Part shown: positions 53,591-64,000 of the stretch, piece by piece
Numbering within the stretch: the stretch's first letter is position 1
How the letters are laid out: the number at the start of each line of letters is the position of its first letter
Source of the DNA: Eledone cirrhosa
Taxonomy: Eukaryota
Reading direction: 5' to 3'
DNA: 64,000 nt
Assembly (NCBI GenBank): GCA_964016885.1
Contig: OZ024746.1
Span: 14,508,001-14,572,000 of the forward strand
The notes under the pieces: generated by a model
Database searches by the model: none
What the model saw: only the letters and a program-made list of their open reading frames with translations
Told to the model about the DNA's origin: nothing
Made by a program: the position numbers and the translations under genes

Positions 53591-54490
53591 TATCTCTTAT
53601 CCATTATTTGCGCAAGCTGCAGTAAAATACACAATTAGTAAAATACCTTGAGTAAATATGGTCTGCGATATTTGTGGCTGTGTATGTTTTCTAGAGCCAG
53701 ACAAATGATTGACCATAGAAAGCTGATGACAATAGAGTGCATAACATTTATGGTAACATATTAATGTGGAAAGTCTACAAATCTGTTGATTGATTAAACA
53801 AATACTGTGATATATATCAGAATACACTTCTGCATACTGATGTGAACATATTTTGCTTAGTTTGAATGATCTGTCGGAATATTTATGAGTCTGATTGAAT
53901 TAAGAGCCACTGTCGAAAACAACTTACTGATTCGGACATGATCGTAAGCTCATCATATATGCGTATAGAATATGTGTTTGTGTCGGGTAGCATTTCAATG
54001 TTAATAAATTATAAATAAGGTTTTTTTCTCTTTTTATCAACTTAATTGCATTTGAAAAATAAATCTTAATTTCTTATCGTCAACATCTTCATGAAAAGGA
54101 ATATTTAGCAGTTATAATTCATCTGCATTAGACCTGCTCATCGAACCATAGATTTCACATTATGAGAGAATCACTTAGTGGTTGTATAATATTATACACA
54201 AGCATGGGTGAAAAATTAGCATATGCTCACCTCATTATATATATTACCACTTTAAATATAAATATAACACAGAAACACGCTGGTGTTTATAGATAGATAA
54301 TACATTTACTCATAATTTATAAACATTATCCTCAAATATAGTTTGTTTATTATTGCAGCGATATCAAATTCAGGTTTTATTGGCATTTCAAATGAGATGC
54401 TTTATGATATTTAGAAATGGAAACATTAGCGGTTTAATGCCGTTAAAATGTATACTATATAAATTTAACAATCCTATTAAAATGAGCAAA

Positions 54491-54562
<72 letters not shown>

Positions 54563-55259
54563 AAAACAATGAATATTTAAATTATTTAGATTTAATCTGT
54601 GAAGCTAGAAATAACAGCATTAACCTCTCGATATAGAGATTTATTTGATAGATATGTTTACGTAGATTCTTGATTTGTTTTAGATTTAACATAAAGAATA
54701 TTCTCTGATTTTATATATTTATATTATGTAAAAAATAGTAAACTATTTTGTCAGAAAGAATTCGAATCATCGAAACACTTTCATTAACATTATTCTGCTT
54801 GTCATGACATGTGTTCATGTGTTACATTTTAATAGAGTTAACTATGAAATTATATCGATGACATAATTGAAATCTTACACATAATGAAACAGTTTTAGGA
54901 AGATTTTAAAATTTATGCATCAAAATAGAATACCACCCGTAAATATAATTTGTCATATTACAATGCAATGGTGAAAAAAAGGCTAACATATTCCACATTA
55001 AGTAATGTTGACCAGCACTTATCTTAGAGCAGAAAAGTTAGAGCATAATTTACTCAGTTACATAACCGAAAAGAAAATTTTTTAAAAGCCATAAGTAAAG
55101 CTTTCGGTTATAAATTACAATCTTGCGTGTAATCCATTCTTTTATATCTGCATGTTTATGATGTAAGACTAAGGCGAATATGACTTGTATATAAGTATTT
55201 ATAAAAACGTACGAAATTATGATACATTATTCATTTATGCTTATACCCTCTCATTTAGA

Positions 55260-55862
55260 CAGGTTCTCCGCCTCCAATTTAGTCGCTTCGGCCACAAATC
55301 CAGGTATTACGGCCCGCAATGCAGAGTACAGGAAGACTTGTCCGACCGCTTCCTCTTCGCACAGGTCACCGTCGAGACCTCAGGTGTCCTCGGACACCGT
55401 ACTGTCGACCGCAAAATCGGAATGTCAGCAGTCTGTCTGAGGAAGGTGACCCACGAGGTGGAGTGGCTGTTGCAGCGGGTGTCGTTGGCCATTGTCCGTG
55501 AAAATGACTTTGTAGTTTTGTCTGTGGGGCGCAGCCCAAACACCACCTCATGCTAGGCCCAGAGCTCATCACCCTATCCCCTTCCCTCTCCCTTTCTTCT
55601 GTAGCCCAAGAATCCTTGCTTTTTCCCTCATGTTCCTCTCATATATGGCATTTATAGTCCTTTCCCCTAATTTCCTTATACATCCAGATCTGCCCTTCTT
55701 TACCCCTCCATTTTTTCTCATTACTTGATTCTGTTTTTATCTTTCTTTTTCCTATTTATGTAATTATCAATGATTTTTAAGCCAACTTTGTGAGTGAAAT
55801 ACATGATTTGTAACATTATTTATACGACTGTGAGTAAAGTGAACTTCTTCACTCTAAAAAAA
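55260..55862 (+). mobile_element. CRE-like RLE retrotransposon 3' fragment with 3' UTR
   Basis: FLFAQVTVETSGVLG..EVEWLLQRVSLAIVREN resembles the CRE C-terminus (VETxG; QRxSxAIxRGN). A pyrimidine-rich UTR and short A-tail follow. Confidence 0.65.
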
Positions 55863-58727
55863 TTGACATCTATATACTGAATATAAATGGAAAGATTGAA
55901 GAGAAATGAAACTAAAATTGTTTCCTTTATTTTTCTATTCATACCCAATGCCAACTTCTGGAGCCAATATATTTTATTTATTGAACACATCTAGTTAATA
56001 GAAAATAAAGGATTTCTTTTCAATAATGGAATCCTATTCAATCGTACTTGTTATATTCTTTGGATTCTCTGTAAGAAACGTATTGCATGTTATCCAAAAT
56101 AGATTCTTTCGATATTTGAAACTAATGTATATGTACTGTGTTATAGCGCTAACAATTAACACTGGTTTACTTTATTTCTCAGAACACTCTCAGGATATTT
56201 GCAGGTTATATAATCTTAAATAAGTGTAAATGTTGTAATAGGGCTTGACATATCAACTAAGTCGACCATCTAATTCAGAGTACATTATATTATATATACA
56301 ATAAAAACCAGTAATGCACTGGGTAATTGCTGGCCTTGTGCCTAAAGTAGAAACAATTATATATACAATAAAAACATTGAATATAAACTTCCGATAATAT
56401 TTGTTGTGAAGTGACAAGGTTGCGAAGTGGCAAAGATTGCGAAGCGCTTAATGAATAATATTTAGTTGTGTTTTTGTATATTCTGATTTTAAATTCTGTT
56501 TTAGTCGGCAACGTATATAATACCTCTGTGGTTTATGAGCTGTATATCAGTTACCTACTTGATAAATTCATTTGATTATACATCTCTAAAAGTTATCTAG
56601 GAACTATATAAGAAATCCTGTAACAAAACTGTTTTATATCTAAGAATTAAGTTTGTAATAGAATACTATAAACTAAAATTGTAAATTATCAATTATTATT
56701 AAATTACCTCAAATACAATTTCACTTATAAAATAACAAATATTATTCAAACATTTATATTAACTTCGTTCCGTTAAATTAATATTTAAACAACCACCTAT
56801 TAATGTATGGCAACTAATTAAATTTCAAAGTGTAGAACAAAGGTATCTCGAATTGGGAAACGATTTCGCTTAAAGTAATTTCCTTTCACATTCTTTTGAG
56901 TTAATGTTGAACCGAAATGCTTTGCATAAATTTAGTTGAAGACATATCTTTTAATCTAACATTAAAACAGAAGAAATATATCAAACTAAATTGACAAATG
57001 ATAACAAAGGCTTCGGAAAATGAATACACCACAATCTAGTGAATGTATTATTGCTGACATTCAAATAAAAACCCAATGTATCTTTTACACACACATATCT
57101 GTAAATACTGAAGCAGAGTTCACTATAAGCAACGCATTGATCCAACAAATTAATTTTGAATCTGTATGAGAATATAATTAATCATACATTACAGAAGATT
57201 GTTAAAGAGAAACCATGTAACACTGGAGGAGGATAATATAATGACTGATAACGGTTAATAACGATTTCATATCTGTTTGACAAGACGTCAAATCTTAAGA
57301 AATCTTTAGATAATTAGATAAACTCATGAATTACCAATAATAAACAACCGTAATTAGATGGTGTAGTATTGACAAAGAAGTATATATTCTGGGGGGACCG
57401 TACAGTACAGAAAATGAAACAAAATTGAGTTAACGCTCAAAATGCAATCATTCAGTTTGATTAGTATTTCCCAAAGTAGACTCAACGGGGAGCGCGTCTA
57501 AAATATAGGAGTAGTTATTCTCTGGTGAGGAGATTAGAATTTCTAAAATGCAATAGTATCCTATCCTTGGACGTTCAGTGGGACGCCCTACTGATTCCAC
57601 ACGTCACATATATTTGCCACTACCAATCATGAGGTTCTTGAGCTCCTCTCTGTCTCTATCTCTGTGTCTTTTCCCCTCAGTAGATTGCCAGAGCACTAAA
57701 GTGTTTGCTACTTCATCATGAGAATAATCTATTATTCGGAAGTCTTACAATGTTCTGGTTTGCTTCCTTTAGCGCTTCCATACTTTGCACTCGTACGATT
57801 GAGTCGAGATACAGATATAAGTCAGAAAAGCTGATTATCCGGCGATTCTGTAATTTTTGGAAAAACAAGAATACACAACCACTTTACAATGAAATTGTTG
57901 TTTAGTTTGTGATACATACGTAAACACATATACACATACACACGCATGCACACACATAGTTGTATGAGTGTTTTAAGTACATAAAAATAACGAACACTAA
58001 AAAATAATAAATTCAATACATATATAACTATGAATAATATATCATGTGTGAGGAATATTCGATAATGGTTAAAGAAAATATGAAAGAAAATTATTATATG
58101 AATAATTGATGTAAATGAATGTAAAATGAAATTATTGATCGGAGATTGCCGTCTACTTAAAACGGAGCAACATCACAAAAAAATCATTTTTAAGTATTAG
58201 AAATACATTAAATATTTATTTAGTTTGTGGACGTAGGCAAACAATTTTTCCAATAAATATTCTTATATCTTTTTCTATATCTAAAAGCTGGTCAACTGGT
58301 CAAGCAGACTCAAGTTAGATTATGCTTCGCTAAAAGGTTTCAATAATTCTAAAACCAATCCTTGTAAGGTTTCAAATATCACCCTTTCTTATGCCTTTAG
58401 ATCGAATGTAGAATGAATTCTTAATTCCATCAAATTACTCCCGCTTTTATTTGAGGTTCACTAACAATTACCACTAGTTTTTTTTTTGGGGGGGGGGTCT
58501 CTCCCCAACCAAAAAGAAAATTCAGTGAATTGAACTTTTTGCGTGTGTTATTCAAGTATATCTTTTCTCATTATATTTATTGAAATTCATGCAACTGGGA
58601 CACTTGAGTTATTTCATTTAACTCATTTTATTATTTAACTAAACAAATTATATTTGGCCAAAAATCGTTGTGACTCTTACAATATGTAAAATAAAATAAA
58701 TATTGTCTACCGATCAAGCAAATTCAC

Positions 58728-58766
58728 GATCGCTGATGAGGTCCAATAAGACCAAAATATCCCTGC
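58728..58766 (+). ncRNA. Decayed hammerhead remnant adjacent to (TA)n
   Basis: CTGATGA-GGTC caataa GACC-AAAA (G12>A)-TA-TC, helix I poor. Confidence 0.35.
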
Positions 58767-58805
58767 AGTTGTCAACCTATTTATATATATATATATATTA
58801 ATAAT

Positions 58806-58839
<34 letters not shown>

Positions 58840-58887
58840 GAAAGGTATAGAAATTGTTTTAGCGAGAAGCTAATAGTATTCTATAAC

Positions 58888-59027
<140 letters not shown>

Positions 59028-59112
59028 TACGTTATTCCGGGTTGAATCGGAGGTAACCACAGTAAGTAAGGTACTCAATACATTGCAGAGTATAAAAGTT
59101 TTAATATAGATG

Positions 59113-59163
59113 AGATTCTACAGGACTAGAACTGTTTCATTCTTTAGAAATCATCAGGAATCT
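59113..59163 (-). ncRNA. Type I hammerhead ribozyme (family G)
   Basis: agattc-CTGATGA-t TTC taaa GAA t-GAAA-CAG ttctagtc CTG-TA-gaatct. Helix I is 6 bp, helix III is 4 bp, GUA triplet. Confidence 0.8.
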
Positions 59164-59728
59164 GGGTATCAAAAAATAAATATGGTATTTATAGGTCTCT
59201 ACAAGTGGTAGGAGAGGGTGGGGAGTGGGATGGGTGTAGGTCATTGGTTGATAGAAAAGGGAATTCATTAAAAGCTAATTCTACAAAGCTATAGTTTATT
59301 TTTATTAATTTTTGTTTTTAGAGTAACAAAGGCAGACAGAATTCTATAAACAGGTTCCGGATGGCATACCATTCCTTGTCATTAAGTATCTCTTAAGCTA
59401 ACAGATGTCTATAAGATCAGTGGGGGGGTCAGTCATGGTAGATAGAATTAAAGGAAAGGGAGATTCTTTAAAAGCTAAATTCATTAAGGTTCTACTAAGT
59501 GACAAAGGTTTAGAGAATTCTGTAGACAGATTCAAAATACTGAGTGCATATCTTACAAATATCTTCGAACTTCTCTTAAACTAATCAACTATATGCCAAA
59601 AATCAACAGACACATTCACAAAAATGAATTCCCTTTTCTATCAACCAATGACCTACACCCATCCCACTCCCCACCCTCTCCTACCACTTGTAGAGACCTA
59701 TAAATACCATATTTATTTTTTGATACCC

Positions 59729-59779
59729 AGATTCCTGATGATTTCTAAAGAATGAAACAGTTCTAGTCCTGTAGAATCT
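59729..59779 (+). ncRNA. Type I hammerhead ribozyme (family G)
   Basis: Identical motif to 59113-59163. Confidence 0.8.
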
Positions 59780-59835
59780 CATCCATATTAAAACTATATA
59801 TATATATATATATATATATAGTTTTAATATAGATG

Positions 59836-59886
59836 AGATTCTACAGGACTAGAACTGTTTCATTCTTTAGAAATCATCAGGAATCT
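59836..59886 (-). ncRNA. Type I hammerhead ribozyme (family G)
   Basis: Identical motif to 59113-59163. Confidence 0.8.
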
Positions 59887-60017
59887 GGGTATCAAAAAAT
59901 AAATATGGTATTTATAGGTCTCTACAAGTGGTAGGAGAGGGTGGGGAGTTGGATGGGTGTAGGTCATTGGTTGATAGAAAAGGGAATTCATTTTTGTGAA
60001 TGTGTCTGTTGATTTTT

Positions 60018-60065
<48 letters not shown>

Positions 60066-60066
60066 C

Positions 60067-60239
<173 letters not shown>

Positions 60240-62298
60240 GAAAAAATTGAACAGGGACAGAACAGAGAGGCAGTACAATAAATGTTTATTAAATTCACGC
60301 TCAGGAGAGTGGGGGGTAGGTGGGGGACGACGTTTCAGGTGAGAAGTGTGTGGGAACAGAGTTCAAAAGGTGTGTAGGGGAGTGGTGGAGAGACATATAG
60401 CGAAAGGAAACGGTGCGAATGAAAAATTATCAAATAAAGATAAAAAATAAAAATAAAGTATGATCAAAATACAAGGAATGAGAAAATTAAAAAATATATA
60501 TATATATATGGAAAGTTATATTTAAATTGTTGGGTTACAACTAGTAAATATTTATAACTGATATAAAAGCACTCAACAAGTATTTGGAGTATATTTACGA
60601 TATTAAATAAATGGAAACTATATTTATAAAACCATATTTATTTCATTATATATATTTCAGGGATATCATATTAACAATTTTTAGATTTTTAGAATCTAAA
60701 AATTCCCTTAATCTACGGACAAATTTATTCAGTTGCTGCAAACATAGATTGAACTCAACTTTTAAATATAAATTTAAATTTAAAATGTAGTATATTTAGT
60801 TTGATTTATAATTATTTGGGAAACTAGCCGATAAATCTTTCGATTTCTTCTTTTTATTCTTCTTTTTATTTTTATTTTTATTTTTATTTAAACATTCTTC
60901 ATGAAAAATTAAACTACCCTAAAAGTTGATGCTCCAAATATTTCGAATAAACGTTACACTAGATAAACTTCTATATTAAATATAAGAACATATGTAGACC
61001 AAATGGGCATCCTAAACTTTTTTGAAATGATTTCTGCTAGACGCGATTTGGTAAATAATTTTTAGCTTTATCTGTTTTCGACTCTGATGCTTATAATGAA
61101 TTTGGCAATATATTGTCAATTAATTTTGAAGGGTTGATCTTTGTGGTCGATTTGCGTGGCATATTATGTTTCTATTATGTTTTTATTTTTATTATTTTAA
61201 TATTTTTTAATAATTTTAATATTAATATTTTTAATATTTTTTTAATATTTTTAATTTTTTTAATATTTTTATTTTTAATATGTAATATTTTTTAGTTTTC
61301 TATTTTATTTATTTGTTTATTATTATTATTATTATTATTATTATTTTTTGTTTTTGTTTCTGATATTTTTTATTAATATATTGAAATCTGTTCTCTATTT
61401 CTGCTTGATAGATAATCATGTAGAGTAAAGACAAGAATAGTATTGTTAAAATTAATATAGACTCTATATATATGTGTATATATACACATATATGTATACT
61501 TAAATTTTTATAGCACAATGAGAATGTTCTCCGTGTGAAATAGGGGTTTGCAGAGTTGATCACGTAAATTCACATCGATGTCTGTAGTTATCATATAAAC
61601 ATATGAATTTTTAAAACTAGACATAAGATCATTACTTTTCACACATTATGGATGCGTGTCTCATTCAGGAATACTGATATTTACATTATAGTGGCTGGTT
61701 TTTATACGAACTAATATTTCTACATTAAAACATAGGGTTTAAATTCTGCCTCGCCTATGTCTGGTTACTTTTCATTTTTCTCTCTATATAACGGCTGGTT
61801 TCTTTCCTAACCACATATATCCCCCTTACATTAATACTAGAGCTAAATAAATAAATAAATAAATAAATGTATCATTGATACGTTCATTCAACGGATGTCC
61901 AACTACCTACTTTTCTCTATATATATCTATCTCTATCTATTTCCTCTCTCTATATATATCTCTCTCTGTTTCTTTACATGAAGTTCTTCTCTTTATCTAT
62001 CTTTCCATCTCTCTATTTTGTTGCATGCATTTCTTCTTTTTCTTCTTTTTCTTCGTTTTCTTTCTTTCTTTCCTTCTTTCTCTCTTTCTTTCTTTCTGTT
62101 TACAATTTTTCACTGCCAAATCAACTTTTTCAAATACAAGTCGATGTTGAACGGTATGTCAAATCTATTTATCTATAAAACTGTCTATATTGTATTTTGT
62201 CTGAGGAAGGCATAACATATTGTTAATATGATATCCCTGAAATATATATAATGAAATAAATATGGTTTTATAAATATAGTTTCCATTTATTTAATATC

Positions 62299-62358
<60 letters not shown>

Positions 62359-63013
62359 GGCGGGGGGGCGTGTGTATGTGTGTGTGTGTGTTTATCTTTA
62401 CTGCTTTCTTTCCCCAACTAAAAAGGAAATATCAAATAATTGGATTTTTACGTAAATCATTCAGAATAGTATCATTCTATTTTTATCAATTGAGTCATTT
62501 CCTTAGCTCATTTATCTTTACAATTGTAAGAATACAATTATACCTACATAATTAGATATAATTAAATTTTATTAGAGCTTTATAGAACACCAACGTTTAC
62601 TTATTATCTCATCTCCTTTAATAAGATTTTACAAGTCTGCTATATTGTTGTTATCGTTTCTACCTGAGGCGACGAATATTTTTAATTATTATTCCTAATA
62701 TTTGAAAAAAAAACAGTATGAATAATATAAAAACCTTCTGGGGAAAATAACCTACTTAAAATATTTTTTATGTAAAATGAAAATAAATTTCAGATAAATA
62801 GTTACAAAAGGCGGATTAGTGCATTGTGTGTGAACCTATCTTGATGTATTTTTCTTCCGTGTTTATTGAATTATATATAATTATCAAAGATTCGTAGTAG
62901 TAGATATTTTAATACAAAAAAACATCGAATAGAACACTCGACATAATTATATATATGTTATTTTCTATTTTACATATGTCATCTTACGCCATAGCCTTCT
63001 AAAAATTTAAATA

Positions 63014-63412
63014 ATTGTTTCTACTTTAGGCACAAGGCCAGCAATTACCCAGTGCATTACTGGTACTTTATTTTATCGACCCCGTAAGGATGAAAGGCAA
63101 AGTCAACCTCGGCGGGATTTGAACTCAGATCGTAAAGGGACGTAACTATGCTGGAAAGCATGGCGTCCGACCCTCTACTGACACTGCCAATATAATACTG
63201 GGTAAATATTGGTGTCAGATTTAGGCACAAAGCCAACAATTTTGGGGGAAGTGAAAATCGATTAAACCGACCCCAGTGCATTACTGGTACTATATTTTAT
63301 CGACCCCGTAAAATTGAAAGGCAAAGATAACCTCGACAGATCATAAAGGGACATAACCCTATGCCATAAAGCATGGCATCTGACCCTCTACCGATACTGC
63401 CAACCCACCACC
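63014..63412 (-). mobile_element. Two adjacent tRNA-derived SINEs (63014-63191 and 63215-63412)
   Basis: Main-family homology. TACTGGGTAAATATTG flanks the second copy as a TSD. Confidence 0.85.
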
Positions 63413-64000
63413 CTTTTACTGGGTAAATATTGAAAGAAGATCTGCTGTTCCTTACTACTGTTTAAACATCATGTGTACATAGTGTTATGTGGGAAAATAA
63501 GTTTCATTTCCAAAATTGTCTGCTACCGAAAGCTTGATAAAATCATCAAATTTAATTAAGTGTCTAGAAATATGTCAGCAAATATATCTGAAGTGTATGT
63601 ATGTGTAGTGATGGTGGGTAGTGTTAGTAGTGGTGGAGATTTTGGTATCTATGAGTGTGTGTGTATCTGTTTCTTTGTATGTACGACCATTATAAAATAT
63701 ACATGACTATACAGCTCTGTTGCAAACATAAAATGTGCTTCGTCAAATACTTTTTGTGCTTATAAATATCAGCGTCTGGTCACTAAACCTTACATTATAA
63801 TTAATACTCTTAAAAGATAAATAAAACTTGTACATAACATTTTTAATATAGATTATGAACAAAATATGTTCATGATTATTCTAAACGAAATGCTTTTAAT
63901 TAATTAGAATAAATAATAGAGATTAAATTTATTATAAATTAAGTTTTATATGGCCAGTTCAGATTTTACTTAAAATAAAAATGTTGTTTTTAGAGAAAAT

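Larger units (their letters stand above)
59028..60022. mobile_element. Family G HHR element, -/+/- copies in (TA)n
   Basis: Minus 59028-~59590, plus 59592-59795, (TA)n, then minus 59821-60022. The last two form a ~205-bp-arm palindrome. Confidence 0.85.

Noticed and set aside
60326-60336. GAAACGTCGTC half-hammerhead on the minus strand next to (TA)n
   Set aside because: No CUGANGA strand is present, so it is counted only as a possible remnant.

Overview
This is an AT-rich, microsatellite-saturated eukaryotic window with no intact protein-coding gene that I can support. The SINE content, dense (TA)n/(GT)n tracts and composition suggest a mollusc, probably Octopus (inference). The ordinary content is decayed transposons: mariner, an hATm-type hAT, a Chapaev-like transposase, Helitrons, RTE, R4-like and CRE-like LINE fragments, and many tRNA-derived SINEs. 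The main discovery lies in the short 'unique' islands inside the (TA)n tracts. At least 9 sequence-unrelated families each carry a type I hammerhead ribozyme (HHR) with a palindromic helix III, usually followed by AATAAA/ATTAAA and a 3' end abutting the microsatellite. I count about 22 copies with complete HHR topology plus several remnants. One family forms a near-identical 422-424 bp tandem/inverted array (27396-30092) with 7 HHRs, a retrozyme-like candidate circRNA generator. One family has a compensatory U3-A8 core, and four families have a U.U opposition at 10.1/11.1. Relics of a Penelope-like (PLE) reverse transcriptase (4440-5125) and a PLE endonuclease tail (about 16430-16500) point to the likely mobiliser. 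All folds and alignments were done by eye, so ribozyme activity and family names are unverified.
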